A program made the translations under genes and the position numbers. Positions 8,807 to 19,199 of a DNA stretch of 20,000 nucleotides are shown piece by piece. This DNA comes from Chiloscyllium plagiosum. Lineage: Eukaryota. Location: the NCBI RefSeq assembly GCF_004010195.1, contig NC_057754.1, positions 8,703,790 to 8,723,789 on the forward strand, read 5' to 3'. Under the pieces are notes generated by a model. It did no database searches. It saw only the letters and a program-made list of their open reading frames with translations, and was not told where the DNA came from. Position 1 is the first letter of the stretch. Every line of letters begins with the position of its first letter.

Positions 8807-9239
8807 AGTTTTGGACAAACAGGCAGAAAACTAGCCACCAGGATACATGAACACCAACTAGCCGCAAAAAGACATGACCTTCTCTCACTAGTATCCTTAC
8901 ATACAGATGAGGAAGCTCACCACTTCGACTGGGACAACACATCCATCCTAGGACAAGCCAAACAAAGACACACATGAGAATTCCTAGAAGCATTCCAACC
9001 GGAACTCTATCAACAAACACATTGAATTAGACCCCATCTACCATCCCCTGAAAAAAAGAACAGGAAGTGACTTCACCACAGGAAATGACATCACTAACCC
9101 AAAGAAACCCAAATATATAAATAGAAAGCAGGACTTATCAGCAGTGCTTCACCTGAGGCCCACTGAAGATATTACCTAGTAGGGTGGCGAAATGTCTGGA
9201 AATGAACTTTCCAGCTCAGCAAGCAAACCTACATCCAGA
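8807..9239 (+). mobile_element. 5'-truncated PLE (family C) GIY-YIG C-terminus plus tail with hammerhead
   Basis: GQTGRKLATRIHEHQLAAKRHD..HHFDWDNTSILGQAKQRHT*EFLEA..SINKHIELDPIYHPL; probable TSD actgtttcagca (8795-8806) / actgttacagca (9240-9251). Confidence 0.85.
9160..9199 (+). ncRNA. Minimal hammerhead ribozyme motif (PLE family C), slightly decayed
   Basis: cca-CUGAAGA-U-AUUACC-uaguag-GGUGGC-GAAA-UGUC-ugg: core boxes, stem I cca/ugg, stem II with G-U pairs. Confidence 0.7.
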
Positions 9240-9320
9240 ACTGTTACAGCAGCAATAGACTCCAATGATATTGCTTCAGTCCTGTTTGTGATTTACAGTA
9301 TGTTGCAATGACTGATGTTA

Positions 9321-9536
9321 CAGATAGTTTTTCGATAACCCGATGATTGCATTCTCATGGAACACTACATTATAGAAAATTCGGTCTTCAGAAACAGCAC
9401 CAAAAGCGTTGGCGATGTAATCGCGTGATAGCCAATGCATGTTTTAAAGCTTTGCACTTGAGAAACAGTGTCCCTAATTAGTCAAACATATAGCAAATTT
9501 GTGTTAACGTAACATGCATTATGGCAGAACAACCTG
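9321..9536. mobile_element. Tc1/mariner-pogo (Tigger-like) MITE
   Basis: Flanked by TA at 9319-9320 and 9537-9538; ends CAGATAGTTTTTCGATAAC and (revcomp) CAGGTTGTTCTGCCATAAT form degenerate TIRs; no ORF. Confidence 0.6.
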
Positions 9537-9619
9537 TACTTGTGAACTTGCTAGTGTCTCAACATAGCATATGTCTGAGTGAATTATTAACACATTAAAA
9601 CATTACAACACACTTACAA

Positions 9620-10030
9620 AGGAGTCTCAAACAAGCAATTTCAGGATACCTGGATAGATGATCAATAGCTTGATTGGAAAGCAGTTTCAAACAAGCACCT
9701 TTAAGAATGAGAGAAGTCAAAAGGTTAGGGTGGGAATTTCAGAGTTTCAAACCTAGGCACGGCCACCAATGGTGAAATAATGAAAATAAGACATGCTAAA
9801 GAGGCCAGAATGAAAACAATATGGTTTCTCAGTGGGTTGTGGGACTGGAGGTTCCTGAGATGGGGAGGAGTAAGGTCACCCAGGAATATGGAGAGGAGGA
9901 TGCAAATTTCAAAATCAAGACATTTGTTGACCAATGTAGCTGAGGGTGAATGGAACACGGCATGAGAAAGCAAACAAATACTGGAGTTTTGGACAACCTC
10001 CAATTTCTGGGTTGATGGGGAAAGCAGGTG
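9620..10030 (-). mobile_element. L2 LINE 3' ORF2 fragment
   Basis: FEICILLSIFLGDLTPPHLRNLQSHNPLR resembles L2 FKILxLxFKSLHGLAPPYLxNLLQPYxPxR. Confidence 0.65.
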
Positions 10031-10074
10031 AAAGTCTGGCCAGGGAATCCAGACGTCTTACAGTGCAGAAGGAA

Positions 10075-10375
10075 CCCATTCCACAAGCTGCACTGCCGAA
10101 ATTCACAAAGGTTCTTTGGACAGCACCTTCCAAACACATCCAGCTACACAGGAACACCCTCACCTGCAAATACTTCTCAATCCACTCGCCATCCTGACAT
10201 GGAAATACATTGCCATCCTTTCATTGTTACTTGGCTCAAACTCCTGGAAATTCCTCCTCAGCAGCATTGTGAGTGTACTTGCATCAAATGGACTGCATCA
10301 AATGGCAGCAGCTCTTCACTGCCTTCTCCAGGGCAAATAGTAATCAGTGATAAATGCTGGCTAGCAACACATCCA
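10075..10375 (+). mobile_element. 3' end of the second CR1-group LINE family
   Basis: Shares ccatcctgac.tggaaat..attgcc.tcctt..gataaatgctggc with 19585-19792. Confidence 0.7.
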
Positions 10376-10502
10376 GAATTAAATTCCAGCCAGTTAGAGG
10401 GGGGTTGTTAGCAGCTGCAGCAGAAACAAACCAAATATTGTAAGACCATCAACTTTACAGGCAATTAACAGCAGCATTTACAGAAGTATCCAACCTCTGT
10501 AG

Positions 10503-10917
10503 TCACATATGGACTTGCTGATGTCTCAGCAGTTTAGCTGACTCTGTGAATACTTTCTGACAGAGAGCAGGCAAACGATTTCTCTCCACTGTGAGTGTGT
10601 TGATGTACCAAAAGATTCAAGGACTTCACGAATCCCTTCCCACATACAGAACAAGTGAATGCTGTCTCCCCAGTGTGAACACGCCTGTGTGTATTGAGGT
10701 CAGATGAAGATCTGAACCTCCTTGCACAGGAAGTGCAGTTGAATGGCCTCTGCTCAGCACGAATCCGATCCTGTAGCATGAGGCAGGCAGACTTATGAAA
10801 TCCTTTCCCACACACAGAGCAGGTGAACGGTTTCTCCCCAGAATGAACTCGCTGATGTGCAATCAGGGCAGATGACTGCATGAAGCTCTTTTCACAGACA
10901 GTACAACTGAACATCAA
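10503..10917 (-). pseudogene. C2H2 (Kruppel-type) zinc-finger array, about 5 fingers, probably pseudogenised and 5'-truncated
   Basis: CTVC..HQRVHSGEKPFTCSVC linkers; finger 2 lacks both His; finger 5 is frameshifted (shifted frame continues QKVFTESAKLLRHQQVHM* with TGA at 10505-10503); upstream abuts a CR1 fragment. Confidence 0.8.
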
Positions 10918-10989
10918 GCTCCCTCACTTTCTCAACATCTCTTGGCGGCCTCCCATTTATTGTGTTTTTTTTTGCTTTGTTTAATGAAA

Positions 10990-11720
10990 CACCTCTCATT
11001 TCTCCAGGTGGAATTCCACTTACCACTTTTTGCTCATCTGACTAGTTCATTGATATCTTTCCTGAATATTATAGTTACTCTCCTCACTATCAACTAAATG
11101 GCCTTCTTTTTATGTTTTCTGCAAATGTTTTTTATCATCCTACTACATAAAAGTCCAGATTGTTCATATGTTCCACAAAAAAGCAGAGGACCTAGCACAG
11201 AGCTCTGCAGAAGGTCACTGGAATCAGTCTACAAGGCACAAGAAACAATATTGAGAGTTTATGCCTGAAACGTCAATTCTCCTGCTACTCGGATGCCGCC
11301 TGACCTGCTGTGCTTTTCCAACACCACATTCTCAACTCTGATCTCCAGCATCTGCAGTCCTCACTTTCTCCCATAAGAAACAATATCTTTGGTTTCCTGC
11401 CACTGAGCCAATTTTGTATCCCATTTGCTATGTTGACCTGCATCTCATGGGTCGAGTTTTTATTTTGTTTTACAATGGTTTGCCATGTGAACTTCGCCAA
11501 AATGTTATGTCGACCACATCAATCTACCTTATTACTTTCTCAAAAAATTATGTTAAGTTAGTTAGACATGATCTTCCCTTAACACATTTATGCTAACTGT
11601 CCTGAATTATTCCATGCCTTTCCAAGTGATGATTTGTCCTGTTCTCCTGTTTCTTTCAATAGTTTGGGGTGCATTTCATCTGGCACTGGTGACTTGTTGC
11701 ATTTTGAAAGATAGTAATCC
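10990..11720 (-). mobile_element. CR1 LINE RT fragment, decayed, interrupted by a PLE tail insertion
   Basis: Minus strand resembles the GKSCLTNL..FFEKV segment; WIQNWLSGRK-like text in the ORF track (GIQNWLSGRKPK). Confidence 0.7.
11252..11374 (+). mobile_element. 123-bp PLE family B tail insertion, truncated inside the hammerhead, with 12-bp TSD
   Basis: TSD aagaaacaatat at 11240-11251 and 11375-11386; begins ..ttatgcctGAAACGTC and ends catctgcagtcctcactttctcc. Confidence 0.85.
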
Positions 11721-11789
11721 TATTAATATTCCCCCTCTTTATGCTTTTATTACATGAAATAATTCGCACTCCTCCTCAAGTACAATAAT

Positions 11790-11958
11790 CTTTGAATATT
11801 TTTAAAGCAGAGAAAAATGGATTCCTGATTACCAAAGGGCTGAAAGATGATCATGGGTTTCAGGAATGGAGAGTGGAGGTTAAAATTAGACCAGCCATGA
11901 CCTTATTGAACGGCAGAGTGGCCTTGAAAGGCCAAGTGGACCTACTCATACCCTGTTC
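11790..11958 (+). mobile_element. CR1 LINE 3' end
   Basis: LNIFKAE..FLITKGLK, followed by the cagccatgaccttattgaacggcagag..ggccaagtggacctactc 3' UTR pattern also seen at 13060-13135. Confidence 0.7.
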
Positions 11959-12035
11959 ATATCGCCAAGTTTTCAGATGACGCAAAAATAAGTGGGAAGG
12001 CAAATAGAATGACAAAGGAGCCTACGGACAGCTTG

Positions 12036-12167
12036 TGGGAGAAAGTGTGGACTGCAGATGCTGGACATCAGAGTTGATTCCTGATGAAAGACTCTTGCCC
12101 GAAATGTCGATTTTCTTGTTCCTCGGATGCTGCCTGACCTGCTGTGCTTTTCCAGCACCACGCTCGA
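12036..12167 (+). mobile_element. PLE family B tail insertion with an inverted 5' segment and decayed hammerhead
   Basis: 12037-12077 is the reverse complement of the family's 3' terminus (compare 11333-11372); 12081-12108 is CUGAUGA..GAAAUGUC with disrupted stem II. Confidence 0.75.
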
Positions 12168-12782
12168 CTACAGGCAGATATAAACAGCTTAAGGGAGTGA
12201 GCAAAAACTTGGCAGACAAAATATACTATGGGAAAGTATGCACATTCACAGGAAGAATAGAAGAACTCAGTATTATTTAAATGGGAAAATCTGCAGCACA
12301 GAGGGACTTGAAGGTCCAAGTTCATGAATCATAAGATGTGCCATCTAGGTTTAATGCAGTAATTGAGTACACAAAAAAGATGAACTCCTGGGACATGGAA
12401 ATGCTACCTTCGTCCTCCCCTCTGTGTGTATTCCATGTAATAGGGTAGACAAATAGAATATTGGCCTTTACTTGAAAAGGATTGGTGTATAAAAATAGGC
12501 ATATCTTTCTAAAACTGTTCAAGGCATTAATCAGACCACATTTGGAATGCTACGAGCAGTTTTGTTCCCCTTCATCTAAGGAAAGATATGCCGGTATTGG
12601 AGACAGTCTGGAGAAGATTCATTCTGTTGATCCTGAGTACGGAGGGATTTTCTTACGAGGTTGAATTTAGAAGGATGAGAGGTGATCTTCGTAAAGTATA
12701 ACACGATTCTTAGGGAACCTGACTGTGTCGGTGCACAGAGATTGTTTTCTCTTGGGAAGGGTCTAGGACCAGAGGGCATCAT

Positions 12783-12877
12783 CTAATGAAGAGCCATCTT
12801 GACTCAAAACGTGAGCTTGCTTTCTCTCGGTGGGTGCTGCCTGACCCACTGTGATCTTCAGCACTTATTGTTTTCAG
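12783..12877 (+). mobile_element. Short old PLE tail insertion with degenerate hammerhead
   Basis: CUAAUGA-AGAGCC..GACUC-AAAACGUG followed by the tgctgcctgacc..ctgtgatcttcagca tail. Confidence 0.5.
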
Positions 12878-13404
12878 CGTCAAAGTTGAGAATTGCCCAC
12901 TCAATGAAGAATTAGTTTTCCTCTGAAGGCGGTGAATCGTGGAATTTGTTATCCAAGAATGCAATCAAGGCTGTTAACTATGTGTAAGACTGAAACAGAT
13001 TTTTAATCAGTAAGGGCCTCAAAGGTTATGGCAATAAGGCAGCAAAGAAGGGTTGAGGTTTATCAGTTTAGCCATGGTCTCATTAAATGGCAGAGTGGAC
13101 CCGATGGGCCAAATGGCTTATTTCTGTTCCTACATTTTTATAGTTTTGTATTGACATCTTCCTCTTCTGTCCTTTATTTGTCCTAATCATCCTTTTGTTC
13201 AACTTCTCGAATTATTGTATTGATGAAACATCTGTGGGTTAATTTTGATTTTATTTGCCTCTACTCTTTCATGCTGTCCTTTCCTTTCATAATGTCTTCT
13301 GAGTTCTTGGTCATAAACGCTGCTCTTCTGCTTTATCTTATTCTGTAAGTTTCTTAATGTCCAGGGACCCAAGATTAGGCCATTCCATAGCTTTCCTTTG
13401 CGAG

Positions 13405-13790
13405 AGCACCGAGTCATCCAACACAGAAACAGACCTTTGAGCCAACCATAATCCCAAACCAAACTAGTCCCGCCTGCCTGCGCTTGGCCCATATCCTTCC
13501 AAACCTTTCTTATTTATGTATTTATCCAAGTGTCTGTTAAACTTTGTAGCATCCAGCACTTCCTCTGGAAATTCATTCCACACACGAACCTCTGTGTAAA
13601 AAATAAAATGCCCCTCATGTCTTTTTAAAATCGTTCTCAACTCACCTTTAAAAATATACCTCCGCATCTTGAAATCCTCCATCCTTGGCAAAGGATGCCT
13701 ACCATCAATCTTGTCTGTGCCCCCTTTATAAACCTCTATAAGGTCACCTCTCAACCTCCTATATTCTGGTGAAAGAAGTCCCAGCATCCA
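13405..13790 (-). mobile_element. CR1 (HER1-like) LINE 3' end
   Basis: ORF track LLSPEYRRLRGDLIEVYK..VRVWNEFPEEV..FNRHLDKYINKKGLEGYGPSAG. Confidence 0.9.
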
Positions 13791-13799
13791 GCAACATCT

Positions 13800-14260
13800 T
13801 GGTAAATCTCTTTTGAACATGTTTACCCTGAATCCTTTACATCTGTTCTTTGAATACCTCCCACTAAACAGACACGGATTTACCTTCAAGTAGCTGTTGC
13901 CAATCCACTATTACTAACTTTTACCTCAACTTAGACAAATTGATTTTACCCCAGTTTAGAACTCTGAGTCCTGTTCTATCTTTGTCCTTTTCTATAAATA
14001 TGTTAAAGGTAAATTATAATTACTCCTACCAAGACGCTCTCCTGCCTGCCCAGCTTCATTTCATAAAACAAAACCCAGAACTGCATTTTCTCTTGTTGGA
14101 TGTACTGGCCAAAATAGCACATCCGAATGCACCTCAGGAATCCTACTCCCTCTACTCGTTTTGCAATAAAACTATCGCAGTATACTCTGGTCAATTAAAA
14201 TCCCATGTTATTACTGCCCTACTGTTTTTTTCCACTACCCCATGACTTGTCTACATGTTT
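13800..14260 (-). mobile_element. CR1 LINE ORF2 endonuclease-region fragment
   Basis: Minus strand contains (G)DFN-like text and EGVGFLRCIRMCYFGQYIQQ, resembling CR1 EG.EFL.CIQ..FL.QYV. Confidence 0.55.
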
Positions 14261-14289
14261 ACTCTTCTATCTCTCACCAGAAGAGATTA

Positions 14290-15192
14290 CGCTTTATAAG
14301 GTTGAGGCTTTGCATAGGCCACCTCTACTTAGATCTGATGAGGTATTGGGACCAGATGAGTTATCCAAGGATACTGATGGAAGTGAACATGGATATTACA
14401 GTGGCACTATCCATGACTTTTCAGTTTTGCTGAGACATGAGGGTAGTACTAGAGAATTGCAAATGTTCAAAAAAAAGGTTAGGTGAGCACCTGGAGATCA
14501 GTCAGTTTAACTTCAGTGGTGGCTAAATTCCTCAAAGCAAGTTGTTTTAGGAATAAGTAATTCTGCAGATGGTTTTATTCATTTTGTTTGTATGACCCTT
14601 TATTGGTCAGTACATTGAGTATCAGAGATGGGAGGTCATATTGAGATTGTACATGACGTTGGTTAGGCCACTTTTGGAACTGCTTTCAGTTCTGATCTGT
14701 CTGCTGTGGGAAAGATGTTGTGAAACTTGAAAGGGTTCAGAAAAGATTTACAAAGATGGTGCCAGGGTTGGAGGGTTTGAGCTGTAGAGGGAAGCTGAAC
14801 AGGCTGGGACTATTTTTCCCTAGAGCGTCAGAGGCTGAGAGGTGACCTTTTAGAGATTTTTTAAATCTTGAGGGGCTTGGATAGGGTGAATAGCCAAGGT
14901 CTTTTTCCTAGGGTAGTGGAGATCAGTTTAAGTTGAAAGGGGAAAGATTTACAGGGGACGTGAGGGGAAACTTTTTCACGCAGAGCCTGGTGCATGTATG
15001 GAATGAGATGCCCGAAGTGGTGGTGGAGGCTGGGACAATTTACAACACTTAAAAGGCATCTAAAAAGGTACCTGAATAGGAATAGAGGGTTACAGGCCAA
15101 ATGCTCATAAATGGGACTGGATTAATTTACGATATCTGTTGGGCATGGATGAGTTGGACTGTTTCAGTGGTTAACATCTCGCGGACTCTGAT
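14290..15192 (+). mobile_element. CR1 LINE fragments ending in a 3' end
   Basis: GPDELSKDT-like RT start; ILRLYMTLVRPLLE; KLERVQKRFTKMVPGLEGLSCRGKLNRLGL; RLRGDL; ends gactctgatg. Confidence 0.85.
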
Positions 15193-15437
15193 GTTTTCAA
15201 AACAAAGAATTGGGATTTTGGAGTTACTGACAAGGCCAGTGAATTGGAGGCTGGGACAATTTACAACATTTAAAAGGCATCTAAAAAGGTACCTGAATAA
15301 GAATAGAGGGTTACAGGCCAACTGCTCGTAAATGGGACTGGATTAATTGGACTGTTTCAGTGGTTAACATCTCGCGGACTCTGATGTTTTCAAAGCAAAG
15401 AATTGGGATTTTGGAGTTACTGACAAGGCCAGTGAAT
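15024..15437. repeat. Local tandem duplication (221-bp and 193-bp units)
   Basis: 15024-15244 and 15245-15437 differ by a 28-bp deletion and about 5 substitutions. Confidence 0.95.
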
Positions 15438-15534
15438 ATTTCCAAACTCCAGTTCAAAGTGGAGGAGAGAATGTTCAACATTTTCAAATGCTGCAGTCCA
15501 TATAGTGATAAGCAGATTTCCGGTGGGTAAAGTG

Positions 15535-16050
15535 GTTGGTTTCAAGGATTATCTTAAAGGAGTGAAGCAAGTTGGAGAGACATCAGGATGAAATTCCTGC
15601 TTGAGGCATAAGTGGTGGGATTAAATGCTCAGGGGACTGGAATGAGATGATTTCAGGTTTCTCATCAAGCGTTGTTCAGCCTGGAGGAGATTGCAGAGAT
15701 AGGGAAGGACTTGGCCATGGTGAATTTTCAAGTTTGCTGCTTCTGAAACAAGAGCCATTTATGGTCAATGAGCACCCCACAAGGTTGCTGGGTGAATAAG
15801 ATTTTGTAATTACACACATAGGCAGCAAACCCTTTCAAGATTAGGGAGAGGTTGACGTAGGAGGCTGCCCGGGAATGTATTAGGATAGTTAAGTCTAGAA
15901 ACAAATGGGGGCATCAGCTACAGGTATGCTTACGCTCTAATGGAGTTGGTCCCTGTTACTGTAGTGTAAAAAGACAGTCTCGGTGACGGTACAATTTTGT
16001 AGTTGGAAGCTGACCTCTTGGTCAAATATTACTTCGAAGGTGAACAGTCA
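15535..16050 (-). mobile_element. Old L2 LINE fragment
   Basis: ggaggagattgcagagatagggaagg..ggccatgg parallels 9847-9890; strongly decayed. Confidence 0.5.
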
Positions 16051-16066
16051 GCATGAACCTCTGATG

Positions 16067-16112
16067 CTGGATTAGTGGTGCTGGAAGAGCACAGCAGTTC
16101 TGGCAGCATCCA
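16067..16112 (-). mobile_element. 46-bp PLE family B tail fragment with perfect 14-bp TSD
   Basis: TSD atgaacctctgatg at 16053-16066 and 16113-16126; insert matches 2723-2766 and 19830-19873. Confidence 0.85.
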
Positions 16113-16134
16113 ATGAACCTCTGATGGGTGATAG

Positions 16135-16732
16135 TAAGAGGGATGGATCTGTGGTGTTGCAGCTGGACAGGACATTGGTTAAGCCACTTTTGGAATGCTG
16201 CCTGCAGTTCTGGTCTGCCTGCTATTGAAAGGATGTTGTGAAACTTGAAAGGGTTCAGAAAAGATTTTAAAGGATGTTGTCACGGTTGAAAGATTTGAGC
16301 TATAGGGAGAGGCTGAATAGGCTGGGGTTGTTTTCCTTGGAGCGTTGGAGGCTGAGGGGTGACTTTTTAGAGGTTTATAGAATCATGAGGGGCATGGATA
16401 GGGTAAATAAATAAAGTATTTTCCATGGGGTGGGGGCGTCCAGAACTGGAGGTCTATGGTGAGAGGGGAAAGATATAAAAGGGATCTAAGGGACAACTTT
16501 TTCACACAGAGGGTGGTGTGTGTATGGAATGAGCTGCCAGAGGAAGTGGTGAAGGCTGGTATAATGACAACATTTTAAAAAGGCATCTGGATGGGTATGT
16601 GAATTGGAAGGGTTTAGAGGGATATAGGCCAGATGCTGACAAATGGGACTGGATTAGGTTAGGATATTTGGTCGGCATGGAAGGGTTGGACCGAAGGGTC
16701 TGCTTCCGTCCTGTACATCTCAATGACTCAAT
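16135..16732 (+). mobile_element. CR1 (HER1-like) LINE 3' end
   Basis: TLVKPLLECCLQFWSACY*KDVVKLERVQKRF; FFTQRVVCVWNELPEEVV; 3' UTR ggttggaccgaagggtctg..tctcaatgactcaatg. Confidence 0.9.
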
Positions 16733-17259
16733 GTCTGAAGGCTTGTAGCTTCAGTCTATTTAATGCTGAAATGGCAAAAAATTTCTATTCATTTGGTATT
16801 GGATGTCAGACTAGTCATATCGACATGGACGTTGGAGATGACGATCTTCACATTTGCCGGTTGCCCCCTGTCCTTCTAGGCATTAGAGATTGGTGGTTTG
16901 GGAGTTTATGTCAAAGGTAAGTTGGAGATATATAAAAGCCTCTCCTTTGACACCTGCCTCTCCAATCTCTCTCGGTCTCTCCTCCCAGCAAGGGGCATCT
17001 GATGTCACCCAGGCCATGCGGGAGAATCCTTTCCCTGAAGGGCATTAGCGAACCAGCCAAGTTTTTACAACTCACCCATAAGCTTCTCAGCTGCTACCTC
17101 TGCAAATTACCTGATCCATTCGACTCAGTCTCACTGCCTGCATCTGTGTTCTCACGGATTCTCTGGAGTTGCCCAATTTATTGCGACCTGAATAGTACCG
17201 GATTTTGAAGATGGAAGGAAAAAGCATCATTCATGGTTGAAAGGGACTACACGTGTGTG

Positions 17260-18208
17260 GAAACGATTTCAACCTCCAACAGGTACAAGGTAATTGCTCC
17301 CTGTGTGGATGAGGAATGGAGCTGGAGAGAGGCACGTGTGGTACGTTGACTTAGCACTGATGCCTCACAGCGCCAGCAACCCGGCTTCGATTCTCGCCTT
17401 GGGCAACTGACTGTGTGGAGTTCGCACATTCTCCCCGTCTCTGCATGGGTTTCCTCCGGGTGCTCCGGTTTTCTCCCACAGTCCAAAATATGTGCAGGTT
17501 AGGGTGGATTGGTCATGCTAAATTGCCGATAGTGTTAGGTGCATTAGTCAGGGGTAAATGTAGGGTAAGAGGAATGGGTCTGGGTGGGTGACTCTTTGGA
17601 GGGTCGGTGTGGACTTGTTGGGCCGAAGGGCCTGTTTCCATACTGTAGAGAATTTAATCTAAAATCTAATGAGCCGACTGACCACTGCACTGTCGGACAG
17701 GAAACCATCCAAGAAGGAGGAGCAAAAAGACAAGTGGTAGTCGTAAGGTATTCTATACCTGGGGAATAGATAGCATCCTTTGTAAGCAGGATTGAGAGTC
17801 CCACATGGTATGTTGCCTGTTCAGTGGGAGACATCTCTGACCAGGGTGAAAGGATATTGGAGAGGGAGAGGGAGGAATCAGTTGTTGCAATCCACATCAG
17901 CACACAAACAACATAGACAAGATAGGAAAGAGGGCCTGTTTATGATTCCAGGAACTAGGAACTAAATTAAACAGCAGATCCTCAATCTCTGGATTACTAC
18001 CCAAGCAAATTGACATGGGGCAGGAGAATAAAGGAAGTAAACATCTGGCTAAAGGAGTGGTGAGGGAAAGAGAGGGTTCCATTTCACTGGGCACTGGCTT
18101 CTGTATTGGAACAGGAGGGATCTGTACTGTTGGGATGGTCTCCACCTGAAGTGAGCTGGGGACCAATGTTCTAGTGAATAGGGTATTCAACAGGGACTTT
18201 AAACTAGA
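17260..18208 (+). mobile_element. CR1 LINE ORF1 (SGNH/GDSL esterase domain) fragment, split by the SINE
   Basis: SNRYKVIAPCVDEE..RQVVVVRYSI (GDS motif decayed)..MVCCL..VAIHIST..DGLHLK*AGTNVL: typical CR1 ORF1 esterase blocks. Confidence 0.8.
17331..17670 (+). mobile_element. HE1-like tRNA-derived V-SINE, full length
   Basis: tRNA-like head (ttagcactgatgcctcacagcgcc, B box gcttcgattc); V-domain tgtgtggagtt.gcacattctccccgt..gggtttcctccgggtgctccggtt; CR1-derived tail gggccgaagggcctgtttcc; (atcta)-type end. Confidence 0.9.
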
Positions 18209-18334
18209 AAGTCGGGAAGGGGGAGGCTAAAACTCCAAGAAGTCATAATGGCTAAGGAGAAACAAAACAGATTAACGTACGGGAGTGGATTTAACTGTGT
18301 GGAAAAATATGGGAAAAAAATGAAAAGAAAGGAG

Positions 18335-18580
18335 TACATCTGGACAGGTATATGAATAGGCGAAAGTGGGCACTGCAGATGCTGGAGATCAGAGTCAAAA
18401 TTAGAGTGGTGCTGGCAGGTCAGGCAGCATCCGAAGAGCAGGAAAAGCAACGTTTTAGGCAAAAGCCCTACATCAGGAATATGTGAACAGGAAGAAGTTA
18501 GAGGGATATGGGCCAAGTGCTGGCATGGGCGAGTTGGACCGAAGGGTCTGTTTCCGTGTCGTACATCTCTATGGTTCTGA
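18335..18580 (+). mobile_element. CR1 3' end interrupted by a PLE tail insertion
   Basis: HLDRYMNR..KLEGYGPSAG and 3' UTR gttggaccgaagggtctgtttccgtg. Confidence 0.8.
18361..18480 (-). mobile_element. PLE family B tail insertion starting at a decayed hammerhead
   Basis: Minus strand attc-CUGAUGU-AGGGC-uuuu-GCCU-AAAACGUU; degenerate TSD tatatgaatagg (18349-18360) / tatgtgaacagg (18480-18491). Confidence 0.8.
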
Positions 18581-18725
18581 CAGTACTCGACAGGTTATTA
18601 AAATCTCCAGAACACGCAATACGACAGTGTGTTTGGAAAAGGTTAGGAATCTAACTTCAAGCACATCGCACAAAGGGATGACAGTGAGAAGAGGGACGGT
18701 AAATACAGGACTGAAGGTGTTGCCG

Positions 18726-18980
18726 ACTGGGCCAGCATTTATTGCCCAGCATCACATGTCGGCCAGACCAGGGAAGGATGGCAGTTTCCTTATTAGTGAA
18801 TCAGATGCGTTTTTGTTTTCAACTATCGACAACTGGTTCATTTTCATCATTAGACTCTCAATCACAGATTTTTATTGAATTCAAATTCCGTCATCTGCAG
18901 GATTCAAACCCAGGTACCCAGAACATTACCTGGGTCTCTGGATTAACCCAATCCAGCAATAATACCAGCAGGCATTGCCT
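18726..18980 (-). mobile_element. tRNA-derived DeuSINE-like SINE (SacSINE1-like)
   Basis: Minus strand has a tRNA-like head (tggtattattgctgg..gggtttgaatcc), a Deu-like core (atctgattcactaat..aactgccatccttccctggtctggcc) and a tail gggcaataaatgctggcc shared with the LINE end at 19773-19790. Confidence 0.7.
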
Positions 18981-19199
18981 ACCCACAAGTAACTACAGTC
19001 ATTGACTTTGCTATTAATCATATCCAGGATTAAACCATGTTCTTTGGGGTCTCTTTCTGCTGATGTTAATAAGTTCTAACCCAATTATAGAAATTAACAT
19101 CTTGGACAGAAGTTGAACATATCTACTTTTGGTTAAACATTGGTGTGATGAGACTTTTTAATATCTTGCTGAATGCAAATTCTTTTTATTGTTGATTCA

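Larger units (their letters stand above)
11959..13140 (+). mobile_element. CR1 LINE 3' half (RT domain 5 to 3' UTR) with nested PLE tail insertions
   Basis: IAKFSDDAKISG (FADD motif); LKLFKALIRPHLECYEQFCSP; agaaggatgagaggtgatct (RRMRGDL); 3' UTR at about 13060-13140. Confidence 0.85.

Noticed and set aside
8580..9020. 146-aa hydrophobic ORF as a membrane protein
   Set aside because: It is a fusion of antisense PLE endonuclease sequence and an L2 fragment.
16053..16126. Repeat-spacer-repeat patterns resembling a mini CRISPR array (also 4810-4859)
   Set aside because: Only two repeat copies, the spacer is a PLE tail fragment, the context is eukaryotic and there are no cas genes; these are TSDs or junction duplications.
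17331..17405. tRNA gene (also about 18890-18980 on the minus strand)
   Set aside because: These are tRNA-derived SINE heads followed by SINE body and LINE-derived tail; no complete cloverleaf.
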